Source: an uncultured Clostridia bacterium
GTDB lineage: Bacteria; Bacillota; Clostridia; TANB77; CAG-508
Length of the DNA stretch: 64,000 bases
Assembly (NCBI GenBank): GCA_934154805.1
Contig: CAKPGM010000009.1
Location: 372 to 64,371 of the forward strand
Direction: 5' to 3'
In this document: piece by piece, positions 1-9,853 of the stretch
Position numbering within the stretch: position 1 is the stretch's first letter
How the letters are laid out: each line of letters begins with the position of its first letter
The notes under the pieces: generated by a model
Told to the model about the DNA's origin: nothing
Seen by the model: the letters and a program-made list of their open reading frames with translations, nothing else
Databases searched by the model: none
Program-made: the position numbers and the translations under genes

Positions 1-93
1 ATAAATGTCCTTATAAATACTATAAAAAAACTGTTGAACAAAATACTTTCACATATTTTTTCAACAGTCAGGGAAACTTTTACAAGTTCCTTT

Positions 94-1881
94 TTATTTT
101 ACTTTTTCCAATTCAATTGTTTCGTTGTTTTTTACTACTCTATATAATGTATCTCTTTGTACTTTACCACCTTCAAAACACTCTTTTATATTGTCGACTG
201 TATCTGCATTTGTTCTATATACAAAAACATAGTCATATCTTTCTATCACTTTTTTAAATTTTTCTGCCGACTCATAATTTCCTGATATCATATTTTGTAT
301 TTTTACCGGCATCATTACATATTCATTCATAGCTTTTAAGTATTCTATATTAGCTTTATCTCCCGCCATATATAATATTTTATCATCAGCATCTAATTTA
401 TCTTTATATTTTTCTATTTTTGTATATATGTCTCTGTTTGTATTAGATGTTTTGACATAATTTTTTCCTCTTATATATTGAGTATAAATATTATCAATCG
501 GCATCAATGTTATTATTATACTTGCAATTACTATAAACTCAATGCTAAACTTTGTTTTTATATCAAACATAGCAAATGCGTTAAAACATAAAGTAGCAAG
601 AAGAATTGTTGAGGTATATCTATCAAAACAAGTTAACATTGTTCCTTCTATATTCTCAAATATTGTCATATATGTTATTGCTAATGATATTAAATATATT
701 GGTATACTCACTAGCATAGCTATTGCATAATAAGTAAAATTCTTGTTCTTCACTTTCTTTATTGAATATATTTGTAAGCCAATTAGCAATATCATTACCG
801 CAAATACAGTTAATTGCTTTGTTGTTATGTCCTGTCTCATAAATACAGACATTGTGAAACTTTTTAATATATCCGAACTGTTTTGTCTATCTTCTTCTGC
901 ATTCACATACTTTGAAAAGTCCCATCTTTTTTGTGAATTGTTAACTTTTATATACCATATTGAAGTTAGTATAGCTGTTATAACACATATTACAATTAAG
1001 CTTTTTATGCTTGATTTAAATTTACTTTTATCCTTTTTTCTATCTATAATAATTTTAATCAATATTATTATTAATGCTAATACTGCTAACCCCAGTCCTG
1101 ATGTCTTTGTTAAGCATAACATTATTGTACCAGCTAATATTTTTAATGTTTTAAATATTGAGCTGTCATCTTCATATGCGGAATATATCGTATAGGCAAA
1201 CATTATGCCAAGTATTCCATCAACCAATATGTTTAAAAAGAAATTCTTATATAATATCATCGGCATAAATATAATTAACGGAATAGCTGTTAGTATTTTT
1301 AATGCTGATTTGTCCCACTTTATTTTTTTAGTAATCGGTATTATTATTGATAAATATAAGACATTTTGAGCAATTATAACAGTATCTTCACTGTACACTT
1401 TCTGCACTGCTAAGAACAAATACTGAAATACTGCCGTAAATGGTGGATACTCATTAAATCTTACTATTGTTTCTGGATTTGTTCCGTAAGTGTTGTATAT
1501 AAACATATTCTTTATTATTACTGCCCAATGGTTAAATTCATCATAATCTTCAAATATTCTGCCTTTGTTTATTACAACATTTACTATAAATAACAAAGTA
1601 TATATTAGTAGTCCCGGTGTTAATATTCTACCAAGAATTTCCTTTATCCCGTCTTTATCTTTTTTTAGTATAGTTATTAATATAAATATCAACTCTATTA
1701 TCGTTAATATTTGTACTATTATTGCCCCTATTTTAAGATTATCTAATAGTCCTGCTAAGAATATTATTAGTACTATTCCTACTGTTGATATTGGCATTGT
1801 CTCTTCTATTCTTTTTTTGAATGTTATTGATAACATTGTTGCAAATGTTATAAGTATTGAGAATATTATACAGTAATTCAT
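94..1881 (-). CDS. Large polytopic membrane protein, possibly GT-C-type glycosyltransferase (function uncertain)
   Basis: 595-aa ORF; many hydrophobic helices over the first ~470 aa, then a soluble C-terminal domain; acidic loop motif FEDYDEF; no family recognised with certainty. Confidence 0.5.
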   Translation of the reverse strand: MNYCIIFSILITFATMLSITFKKRIEETMPISTVGIVLIIFLAGLLDNLKIGAIIVQILTIIELIFILITILKKDKDGIKEILGRILTPGLLIYTLLFIVNVVINKGRIFEDYDEFNHWAVIIKNMFIYNTYGTNPETIVRFNEYPPFTAVFQYLFLAVQKVYSEDTVIIAQNVLYLSIIIPITKKIKWDKSALKILTAIPLIIFMPMILYKNFFLNILVDGILGIMFAYTIYSAYEDDSSIFKTLKILAGTIMLCLTKTSGLGLAVLALIIILIKIIIDRKKDKSKFKSSIKSLIVICVITAILTSIWYIKVNNSQKRWDFSKYVNAEEDRQNSSDILKSFTMSVFMRQDITTKQLTVFAVMILLIGLQIYSIKKVKNKNFTYYAIAMLVSIPIYLISLAITYMTIFENIEGTMLTCFDRYTSTILLATLCFNAFAMFDIKTKFSIEFIVIASIIITLMPIDNIYTQYIRGKNYVKTSNTNRDIYTKIEKYKDKLDADDKILYMAGDKANIEYLKAMNEYVMMPVKIQNMISGNYESAEKFKKVIERYDYVFVYRTNADTVDNIKECFEGGKVQRDTLYRVVKNNETIELEKVK

Positions 1882-1944
1882 TTGTGTTCTCCTTTGTTTT
1901 TTTATATATTATACTATTCTCTGATTTTTTTCAATATTTTATAT

Positions 1945-1979
1945 TAAAAATAGAACACTCCCTTCATGAAGTGTTCTAT
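1945..1979 (-). terminator. Intrinsic terminator downstream of clpC
   Basis: 10-bp inverted repeat atagaacact/agtgttctat (1950-1959 / 1970-1979) followed on the minus strand by a U-run. Confidence 0.6.
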
Positions 1980-1984
1980 TTGTT

Positions 1985-4432
1985 TTATTTAATTATAATT
2001 TCATCATCTTTTGCTGTTGCTACTGCTTTCTTTCCCTGTTTTATTATTCCATCTAAGATTGCTTCTGCAATTTTATCTTCTAACATATTTTGTATAGATC
2101 TTCTTAATGGTCTTGCGCCATAGTTGTTGTCTACACCTTTCTTAGCAATTAACTCTTTTGCTGAGTCATCAATTTCTACTTTATAGTTTTGAAGTTCTAA
2201 TCTCTTTTGAACTTGTTTTAACATTATCTCCATTATTTTGTTTATATCTTCGTTGTTTAGTTTATGGAATACAATGATGTCATCAATACGGTTTATGAAT
2301 TCTGGTCTAAATTGTTTCTTTAATTCTGCTAGAACTTCTTTTTTGATGTTCTCATATTCTTGTTTCTCATCTTCTGCACTCTTAGCATTAGCAAATCCTA
2401 ATTTGTTCTTGTCTGTTATTAGTTTTGCTCCAACGTTTGATGTCATTATTATAATTGTGTTTTTAAAGTTTACAGTTCTTCCTTGTGAGTCTGTTAGTCT
2501 TCCATCTTCTAGTATTTGTAATAACATATTCATTACATCAGGATGAGCTTTTTCCATTTCATCAAATAATATTACTGAATATGGTTTTCTTCTTACTTTT
2601 TCTGTAAGTTGACCACCTTCGTCATATCCAACATATCCTGGAGGCGAGCCTATTAATTTTGCAACAGAATGTGATTCCATAAATTCTGACATATCAATTC
2701 TTATCATTGCATCTTCATTTCCAAACATTGCTTCTGCTAATGCTTTTGCAAGTTCTGTCTTACCAACACCAGTTGGTCCTAAGAATAAGAATGAACCTGT
2801 TGGTCTGTTTGGATCTGTTAGCCCAACTCTACCTCTTCTTATAGCTTTTGCTACTGCTGACACCGCTTCATTTTGACCAATTACTCTCTTATGAAGATTC
2901 TCTTCCAAATGTCTTAATTTATCACTTTCTGTTTCTGTAATCTTGTATGCAGGAATTCCTGTCCATCTTGCAATAACTTCTGCTATGTTTTCTTTGTTTA
3001 GCGTAATTACATTTTTAGTATTGCCATCTTTCCATTTTGCCTGTTCTTCTTCTAGTTTTTCCTTTTTGGTTCTTTGTTTATCTCTTAATTTTGCTGCTTT
3101 TTCAAAATTTTGTGTTGCTATTGCTTCTTCCTTTTCTTTGTTGACTTTTTCTATTTCTTCTTCTAATTTTCTTATTGAGTCTGGTTTTGTATATGATTGC
3201 ATTTTTACCTTTGAAGCCGCTTCATCAATTAGATCTATCGCCTTATCTGGTAAGTATCTGTCATTTACATATCTTATTGATAAATCAACTGCTGCTTTTA
3301 TGGCATCATCCGTTATTTTTACATTATGATGAGCCTCATATTTATCTCTTAATCCTTCTAGTATTTTTATTGCATCTTCCTCAGATGGTTCTTCTACTGT
3401 TACAGGACTAAATCTTCTTTCTAGTGCTGCATCTTTTTCTATATATTTTCTATATTCGTTTGTTGTTGTTGCTCCTATTACTTGAATTTCACCTCTTGCC
3501 AAAAGTGGTTTTAAAATATTTGCTGCATCAACTGCGCCCTCTGCAGAACCAGCTCCAACTATTGTATGGATTTCATCTATGAATAAGATTACATCTCCTG
3601 CTTTTCTTACTTCATCTAGTGATTTTTTGATTCTTTCTTCAAAATCTCCTCTATATTTTGCACCAGCTACCATACTTGATATGTCAACACTTACCACTCT
3701 TTTATTCTTTAATGTCTCTGGTACATCTCCTGCAACTATTTTCTCAGCTAATCCTTCTGCGATAGCAGTTTTTCCAACTCCTGGTTCACCAATTAAACAA
3801 GGATTATTCTTTGTTCTTCTTGATAATATTTGGATTACTCTATCTATTTCTGTACTTCTTCCTATTACTGGATCTAGCTTTCCTTCTGTTGCTCTTTTTG
3901 TTAAATCACTTCCATATTGATTTAATGTTGGTGTAGAATTGAAGCTTCCTCTATTTGAGCTTCTTTTGGCTCCTTGTTCTTTGCTATCAGCTTCATTTAT
4001 TGTTTTGACAATTTCGTTGTATAATTTTTGAGGATTTACATTTAAATCCATCATTATTCTTACAGCTACACTGTCGCCTTCTCTCATTATTCCGACTAAT
4101 AAATGTTCAGTTCCTATATATTGACTATTTAATCTTCTTGCTTCCATAAATGCATTTTCTATTACTCTCTTTGTTCTTGGAGTAAATCCTATTGCATCTA
4201 TATCTGTAATAGAGGCTTCTTCATTTATTCCTATAAGGTTCTCAATTTCTTTAAGCACTTCCGCACTAGTAACTCCTTGATTTGCTAACACTTTGCTTGC
4301 AACACCATTTGCCTCTTCTACTAATCCGTATAAAAGATGTTCTGTGCCTATATAATTGTGTCCTAATTTTGCTGCAATTTCATTTGCGATTTCTAATGCA
4401 ATTTCTGCACTGTTTGTAAATTTGTATTTCAT
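1985..4432 (-). CDS. clpC: ATP-dependent Clp protease ATP-binding subunit ClpC
   Basis: 815 aa; N-terminal Clp_N repeats, two Walker A loops (GEPGVGKT, GPTGVGKT), UVR-like linker (NFEKAAKLRDKQ); last gene of ctsR-mcsA-mcsB-clpC. Confidence 0.95.
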   Translation of the reverse strand: MKYKFTNSAEIALEIANEIAAKLGHNYIGTEHLLYGLVEEANGVASKVLANQGVTSAEVLKEIENLIGINEEASITDIDAIGFTPRTKRVIENAFMEARRLNSQYIGTEHLLVGIMREGDSVAVRIMMDLNVNPQKLYNEIVKTINEADSKEQGAKRSSNRGSFNSTPTLNQYGSDLTKRATEGKLDPVIGRSTEIDRVIQILSRRTKNNPCLIGEPGVGKTAIAEGLAEKIVAGDVPETLKNKRVVSVDISSMVAGAKYRGDFEERIKKSLDEVRKAGDVILFIDEIHTIVGAGSAEGAVDAANILKPLLARGEIQVIGATTTNEYRKYIEKDAALERRFSPVTVEEPSEEDAIKILEGLRDKYEAHHNVKITDDAIKAAVDLSIRYVNDRYLPDKAIDLIDEAASKVKMQSYTKPDSIRKLEEEIEKVNKEKEEAIATQNFEKAAKLRDKQRTKKEKLEEEQAKWKDGNTKNVITLNKENIAEVIARWTGIPAYKITETESDKLRHLEENLHKRVIGQNEAVSAVAKAIRRGRVGLTDPNRPTGSFLFLGPTGVGKTELAKALAEAMFGNEDAMIRIDMSEFMESHSVAKLIGSPPGYVGYDEGGQLTEKVRRKPYSVILFDEMEKAHPDVMNMLLQILEDGRLTDSQGRTVNFKNTIIIMTSNVGAKLITDKNKLGFANAKSAEDEKQEYENIKKEVLAELKKQFRPEFINRIDDIIVFHKLNNEDINKIMEIMLKQVQKRLELQNYKVEIDDSAKELIAKKGVDNNYGARPLRRSIQNMLEDKIAEAILDGIIKQGKKAVATAKDDEIIIK

Positions 4433-4468
4433 AATAATTCACTTCCTTCTTTGTATATTTTGACAAAT

Positions 4469-5482
4469 TTACTCGTTTATAATCTGTCTAATTACCTCTG
4501 TTCTCTTTGCATCTCTTTCTTTTTTAGACATTTCTTTTCCTAGATATTTCTGTAGATTATATGGTTTTGTGTATAAATATAATTTTTTTATTTTGAAATC
4601 ATTTAACTCTGCAATTACTCCCATATCTGTTCCTAGTTTCACATCTGATAGTAGGTTTAAACATTCGTTGCTGCTCAATAATCTTGCATTTGATAGTACA
4701 CCAAATGCCCTATAGACTTTATCAGCAAATCCAATTTCGTTTTTACCTAGATATTTTCTAGCAACTCTTTCTTGCTCTATGATTTTTTCTACTATTGTTT
4801 TCATATTTTTTACTATTTCTTGCTCTGTTACTCCTAGAGTTTGATTGTTAAATATTTGATACATATCTCCTATATTTTGATTTTCATCTCCATATATTCC
4901 TGTTATGCTCATTGCAAAACTATTTACTGCGTGAAATACCTTGTTTAGGTTTCCTGTCTTTGCTAACCCTGGAAGATGCATTGTTACTGATACTCTTGCT
5001 CCTGTTCCAACATTTATTGGACAAGCTGTTAAGTATCCATATTTTTCACTATATGCATATGGTAATAACTTTTCCATTTTTTGATCTAATTCAACTGCCA
5101 AATTCATAAGTTCTTCTAAAGCTATTCCTTCTCCAAAAACTTGAAGTAATAAATGATCTTCGCTATTTATCATTATGCAGATGTTTTCTTCTTTGTTTAT
5201 TGCTATTGCTGTGCTCTCACCTTTTTCTATAAAATCTGGTGTAATTAACTTCTTTTCTACTAATGATATTTTAGTTATTTCATCCATATCTTTTAGTTTT
5301 AATAGCTGAAGTCCATAGCCTAATGAAGGGATGATCTCTTCAACTTTGTCTAATATTTGCTTTTTTTCGTCTTCACTGCATTTGTTTTCAAATTTAAATC
5401 CTTTTAAATTTCTTGCTAGTCTAACTCTTGTACTAACAACCACATCTGAATCTTTTCCATTTTGTAAATACCAGTTTGACAT
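4469..5482 (-). CDS. mcsB: Protein arginine kinase McsB
   Basis: Guanido phosphotransferase motifs (NSEDHLLLQ, CPINVGTGARVS); ATG at 5482 lies 4 nt after the mcsA stop and is preceded by AAAGGAAG; the ORF-track start at 5500 is probably too long. Confidence 0.9.
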   Translation of the reverse strand: MSNWYLQNGKDSDVVVSTRVRLARNLKGFKFENKCSEDEKKQILDKVEEIIPSLGYGLQLLKLKDMDEITKISLVEKKLITPDFIEKGESTAIAINKEENICIMINSEDHLLLQVFGEGIALEELMNLAVELDQKMEKLLPYAYSEKYGYLTACPINVGTGARVSVTMHLPGLAKTGNLNKVFHAVNSFAMSITGIYGDENQNIGDMYQIFNNQTLGVTEQEIVKNMKTIVEKIIEQERVARKYLGKNEIGFADKVYRAFGVLSNARLLSSNECLNLLSDVKLGTDMGVIAELNDFKIKKLYLYTKPYNLQKYLGKEMSKKERDAKRTEVIRQIINE

Positions 5483-5486
5483 ATTA

Positions 5487-6020
5487 TTACTTCCTTTCAT
5501 TTAGTTTTTTGATTTCATCTCTTAGTTTTGCTGCATCTTCATATCTTTCTTCTTTTATTGCTTGATTTAATTCTTGTGTTAATTTTTCTGTTTCGCTCAT
5601 TTTCTTCTCTGGCTTTTTATTTTCACCTATGTTAGAAAGTTTTTCATCTATATTTAGAGGTTTTCTTCCTATATGTTTTGTTCCTCCTTGTATATTTCTC
5701 AATACACTTTCTAGTCTATCCCCAAACATATCATAATCAGAAGGACATCCTAAAAGTCCAGTTTTTATAAAATCATCATACAATTCTCCACAGTTATTGC
5801 ACTGACTGTGTTTTTCTCTTACGAAACTTGGTAAAAGTTGCTCATCTGTGAAGAAGTCATCTAAGAAATTAGAAAAATGTATTGGCATATTAATTTTGAA
5901 ATTATCAATTCCTAATTTAGATGCACAGTCCTCGCATAGCACCATTTCCTTTTTTACTCCATTAACGATTTGTGTATATTTTACATTTGCTTCATTCTTT
6001 CCACAATTTTGACATAACAT
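5487..6020 (-). CDS. mcsA: McsA, activator of protein arginine kinase (UvrB/C motif protein)
   Basis: 177 aa; N-terminal Cys pairs (CQNCG, CEDCA, CNNCG) and C-terminal UVR motif (EERYEDAAKLRDEIKKL); position between ctsR and mcsB. Confidence 0.85.
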   Translation of the reverse strand: MLCQNCGKNEANVKYTQIVNGVKKEMVLCEDCASKLGIDNFKINMPIHFSNFLDDFFTDEQLLPSFVREKHSQCNNCGELYDDFIKTGLLGCPSDYDMFGDRLESVLRNIQGGTKHIGRKPLNIDEKLSNIGENKKPEKKMSETEKLTQELNQAIKEERYEDAAKLRDEIKKLNERK

Positions 6021-6041
6021 AGTAATTACCTCCTTTTATGT

Positions 6042-6491
6042 TTAGTCTTCAACTAAATTTACTAACATATTTTTAAATATGTTTGCTCTTAGTTGATCTC
6101 TATCTTTTGGGTCAATGTTTAAAACATTGTCACTCGTTGCGACCTTTAAAAGTTTTGCCTCATTTTGTGTTATCATTTTATATGATAGAAAATTGCTAAT
6201 AAAAATGCTTACTTCTTGCGCTGTTATAGAATTTCCCATACTTGATATTATATGCATAAAATAATTGCTTTTTGTGATGTTTACTTTTGTAATTGTAATA
6301 TGTCCTCCTCCACCACGCTTACTTTCTACATAGTATCCTTGTGTTGGTTTAAACCTTGTTGATATTACATAGTTTATTTGTGATGGTACACAATTAAATT
6401 TTTCTGCTAAGTCATTTCTTTGTATTTCTATTTTATTCTCTTCTTCAAAAAGTTCTTTTATAAATTCTTCTATCATATCTGACATTCTCAT
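6042..6491 (-). CDS. ctsR: Class III stress gene repressor CtsR
   Basis: 149 aa; HTH N-terminus and glycine-rich loop KRGGGGHI typical of CtsR; first gene of the clpC operon; CtsR box upstream. Confidence 0.9.
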   Translation of the reverse strand: MRMSDMIEEFIKELFEEENKIEIQRNDLAEKFNCVPSQINYVISTRFKPTQGYYVESKRGGGGHITITKVNITKSNYFMHIISSMGNSITAQEVSIFISNFLSYKMITQNEAKLLKVATSDNVLNIDPKDRDQLRANIFKNMLVNLVED

Positions 6492-6513
6492 TTCAGTCGC
6501 CTCTTTTCTTTGT

Positions 6514-6537
6514 TTTTGACTTTGACTTTCTTTGACC
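6514..6537 (-). promoter_or_regulatory. CtsR operator (direct heptad repeats)
   Basis: Minus strand reads GGTCAAAGAAAGTCAAAGTCAAA, matching the A/GGTCAAA-NAN-A/GGTCAAA CtsR box plus a third GTCAAA; located just downstream of the -10 element. Confidence 0.75.
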
Positions 6538-6546
6538 TACATAAAT

Positions 6547-6574
6547 ATTATAGCACGATTTTTTATGTTGTCAA
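6547..6574 (-). promoter_or_regulatory. Sigma-A type promoter of ctsR operon
   Basis: Minus strand TTGACA (6574-6569), 16-nt spacer, TATAAT (6552-6547). Confidence 0.6.
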
Positions 6575-6676
6575 TATATTTTTAATAAAATTTTTAAATT
6601 TTATTTTTCTCATTGACTTTGGTTACTGTAAGTTATACAATATAAAGCATACAATCATCAAAAAGGAGTTTTACTT

Positions 6677-7705
6677 ATGATTATTTTATTAGATGCTATG
6701 GGTGGAGATAACGCCCCTGATGCTAATATTAAAGGTGCCGTAGCTGCTATAAATCAAGTTAATGCAGAGATATGGCTAATCGGAAAAGAAGATGTAATAA
6801 AAAATAAACTAAAAGAATTCTATAATAAAACAGCTGAGGAAATTTCACCAAAATTAAAAATTTATCATGCACCAGACACTATAGAAATGGAAGACACTCC
6901 TACTGTTGCAATAAAACGCAAAAAAGAGTCTTCTATGGTTGTCGGATTTAACCTTTTAAAAGAAGGTAAAGGAGATGTGTTTATCTCTGCTGGAAATTCA
7001 GGTGCACTTCTAACTGGTGCTACTTTATTGGTTGGAAGAATTAAAGGTATTGACAGACCTGCTATTGCTGGTATCTTACCTTCATACCACAAAAGATTAG
7101 TTCTTATGGATTGTGGTTCAAATACTAATTGCAAACCTATTAATCTTTTACAATTTGCACAAATGTCTAATATTTATATTCGTGATGCTCTAAAAATAGA
7201 AAATCCAGCCATTGGTTTATTAAACATTGGAACTGAGGAGACAAAAGGTAATGAATTAATAAAAGAAAGTTATCAATTATTAAAAGAAAAATCTGAAGAA
7301 TTAGGAATCAATTTTATTGGTAATATTGAAGGGCGTGATGCTTTCTCTGGTAAAGTTGATGCTATTATAGCTGATGGATTTACAGGAAATATCTTTTTAA
7401 AGACTGTTGAAGGAATGGGTAAATTCATAAAGAAGTCTTTAAATGAAAGTATAAAGAAAAATATATTTTCTATCATTGGTGCTCTTCCTACTCTTCCTGC
7501 TTTAAATAGATTTAAGAAGATGATGGATTATAAAGAATATGGTGGAGCTTTATTCTTAGGAGTAAAGAAACCTGTTGTAAAGGCTCACGGAAGTAGTGAT
7601 GCAAAAGTTTTCGAATTTACTATAAAGCAAGCCGAACAATTTGTAAATAATAGAACTGTAGACAAATTGATTGAAGCTTTTGAATCTCAAAATGAAAATA
7701 AATAA
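6677..7705 (+). CDS. plsX: Phosphate acyltransferase PlsX
   Basis: 342 aa; LDAMGGDNAP N-terminus, GNSGA and KAHGSS motifs. Confidence 0.9.
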   Translation: MIILLDAMGGDNAPDANIKGAVAAINQVNAEIWLIGKEDVIKNKLKEFYNKTAEEISPKLKIYHAPDTIEMEDTPTVAIKRKKESSMVVGFNLLKEGKGDVFISAGNSGALLTGATLLVGRIKGIDRPAIAGILPSYHKRLVLMDCGSNTNCKPINLLQFAQMSNIYIRDALKIENPAIGLLNIGTEETKGNELIKESYQLLKEKSEELGINFIGNIEGRDAFSGKVDAIIADGFTGNIFLKTVEGMGKFIKKSLNESIKKNIFSIIGALPTLPALNRFKKMMDYKEYGGALFLGVKKPVVKAHGSSDAKVFEFTIKQAEQFVNNRTVDKLIEAFESQNENK

Positions 7706-7746
7706 TAAAATTCGCCCTAAAGGATTTTCCTCTTGGGCGATTCATT

Positions 7747-8625
7747 TTAGTCTTTTTTTATTAATTCTTTTAAATCTTCTTTTGTAAATGTATATTTCTT
7801 ATTGCAGAAATTACATACAATCTCTATCTTTTCTTCTTCATTTATTATTTTTTCTAACTCTTCTTTTCCTATTGCTATAAGACCTTTCTCGCATTTCTCT
7901 TTTGAGCAATTACACTGATATTCTGGATTAACTTCTGATAGTATTTGTAGATTTTCATCTCCTGTTACTTCTTTTGCTATTTCTTCTAATGTTTTGTTTT
8001 CATCTAGCATTTTGCTTATTGGTTCTATGTTTTTTACCTGTTCTTCAATTTTTGTAATTATTTCATCTGTTGCATCTGGCATTAACGAAAGTTTATATCC
8101 TCCCGCTTCTTTTACTCCATTTTTATCAACTAATACACCTAGTGCAATAACACTTGGAGTTTGCTCTGATGTTGCAAAGTAGTTAGTAAAGTCTTCTGCA
8201 ATTTCTCCACTAACAATTGGAGTCATTCCTACATATGGTTTGCCAATTCCTAAATCTTTAATTATATACAGCATTCCATATTTTCCGACAGCTTTTCCTA
8301 CATTTAACTTTCCGTTTTCTTCGTTTAATGGTAAATCTAATTTTGAGTTTTCTACATATCCTTTTACATTACCATTACATTCTCCAACTGCTGTTACCAT
8401 TCCTATTGGTCCATCACCCTTTATTTGGTTTGTTATAGATCCTTTTTCTTCTTTAGTTTCGTATCCCATTATACTTGTTATTGTAAGTAGTCTTCCTAGA
8501 GTAGCAGTTGCTGTTGGGCTTAAATCGTGTAATTTTCTTGCTTCTTCTACTAAATTTGTTGATGAAATACATTTTATACTTACTTTTCCATCATATGCTA
8601 AACAATCTATTATTCTGTCTTTCAT
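7747..8625 (-). CDS. hslO: Redox-regulated chaperone Hsp33
   Basis: 292 aa; C-terminal zinc/redox switch CxC...CxxC (YQCNCS ... VCNFCNKKY). Confidence 0.9.
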   Translation of the reverse strand: MKDRIIDCLAYDGKVSIKCISSTNLVEEARKLHDLSPTATATLGRLLTITSIMGYETKEEKGSITNQIKGDGPIGMVTAVGECNGNVKGYVENSKLDLPLNEENGKLNVGKAVGKYGMLYIIKDLGIGKPYVGMTPIVSGEIAEDFTNYFATSEQTPSVIALGVLVDKNGVKEAGGYKLSLMPDATDEIITKIEEQVKNIEPISKMLDENKTLEEIAKEVTGDENLQILSEVNPEYQCNCSKEKCEKGLIAIGKEELEKIINEEEKIEIVCNFCNKKYTFTKEDLKELIKKD

Positions 8626-8626
8626 T

Positions 8627-9574
8627 TTATTGCTCCTTTTTTATAAATTTTGCTACAAAAAATCCTTCCATTTCTTTTGACGGTAGTATTCTTTTTGCTT
8701 TGCTAATTTCTTTATTTGAATCTGTATTAAATGCTGGCATCATCTGTTTTACTTCTAATTTTACTTCTTCTTGCTTTATCTCAAAATTATCTAATGCCCA
8801 TTCTATTATATTTTCATTTTCTTGTCTATTTAAAGTACAAGTTGAATATACTAATGTTCCTCCTGGCTTTAGTGCTTCATATGCACTTTTAAATAATTTT
8901 TTCTGTACTTTCACTAGTTCATTTACTGTTTTCTCTGACCATTGTTTATAACTTTGAACATTATAAATTGTAAATCTTCCTTCTCCACTACAAGGTGCAT
9001 CTAGCAATACTTTATCAAATTGTTCTTTGTAGTTTTCCCCTATCTTCTCACCTCTGCCATTTACAATTTCCACAATATTTGCTCCTTGCATTTCTACATT
9101 GTATTTTAATCTTTCACATCTTAGCTTGTCTAATTCATTTGCTAAGATGTATCCTTTACCATTCATAAGTGCTGCCATTTCTGTTGTTTTTCCTCCAGGA
9201 GCCGCAGTTAAGTCTAATACCTTTTCACCTGTTTTTGGAGAGAGTACTAATGGTGGAATCATACTTGGAAGACTTTGCAAATATATTTTTCCTTCTTTGT
9301 AGATATCTAGCTTTTGCAAATCTTTTTCATTTGCATTTTTAATGATTAGTGCATCATTATACCATAATACTCTTTCGAATTTTATATTGATTTCTTTAAA
9401 ATATCTCATTAAGTCCTGTATATTATATTTTAAGGTATTTACTCTTATTGTTGTAAATCTTTTTTCTGCTATTCCTCTAAAGATATTATCTACAATCCCC
9501 GGTGAAAACATTTCATATAATTCTTCTACAAATTTTTGTGGTAGTCGATTTTTTATTTCTGTTATTGATGCCAT
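8627..9574 (-). CDS. RsmB/RsmF-like (NOL1/NOP2/Sun) RNA m5C methyltransferase
   Basis: 315 aa; SAM motif DLTAAPGGKT, catalytic DAPCSGEG and YSTCT. Confidence 0.8.
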   Translation of the reverse strand: MASITEIKNRLPQKFVEELYEMFSPGIVDNIFRGIAEKRFTTIRVNTLKYNIQDLMRYFKEINIKFERVLWYNDALIIKNANEKDLQKLDIYKEGKIYLQSLPSMIPPLVLSPKTGEKVLDLTAAPGGKTTEMAALMNGKGYILANELDKLRCERLKYNVEMQGANIVEIVNGRGEKIGENYKEQFDKVLLDAPCSGEGRFTIYNVQSYKQWSEKTVNELVKVQKKLFKSAYEALKPGGTLVYSTCTLNRQENENIIEWALDNFEIKQEEVKLEVKQMMPAFNTDSNKEISKAKRILPSKEMEGFFVAKFIKKEQ

Positions 9575-9648
9575 TCAGTTTTCCTTTCTTTTTATCGGAT
9601 ATATTATAACATATAATTCTCTACATTAAAAGCTCCCTAGTACAAACG

Positions 9649-9789
9649 TTATTTTTTGTTTTTCTTTTCCGTCATTTTTTGTAGTTCTTCTGCTCTTTTT
9701 CTTTGTTCGTCCATTCCTAACCAGCAAAAATATGATGTTACAAATTCTCCATAGTTACTTGTTTTACCTTTTAATTCTTTTTCATCCAT
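9649..9789 (-). CDS. Small hypothetical protein (46 aa), not in ORF track
   Basis: ATG preceded by GGAGGTG at ~8 nt; MDEKELKGKTSNYGEFVTSYFCWLGMDEQRKRAEELQKMTEKKNKK; fills an otherwise empty 280-nt gap. Confidence 0.45.
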   Translation of the reverse strand: MDEKELKGKTSNYGEFVTSYFCWLGMDEQRKRAEELQKMTEKKNKK

Positions 9790-9853
9790 AAAAAAATACA
9801 CCTCCAAATAATTTTTATTATTTATTGTGTGTATTTTACATATTTTTATTATT

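Noticed and set aside
2238-3920. Plus-strand ORFs (2238-2546, 2943-3329, 3175-3411, 3579-3920) antisense to clpC. Similar S/F/L/I-rich antisense ORFs occur across the window, e.g. 743-1195, 14708-15631, 29017-29635, 32360-32767, 35737-36486, 42773-43216, 50326-51633.
   Set aside because: They lie entirely inside well-supported minus-strand genes, have low-complexity composition typical of shadow frames in AT-rich DNA, and lack SD sequences.
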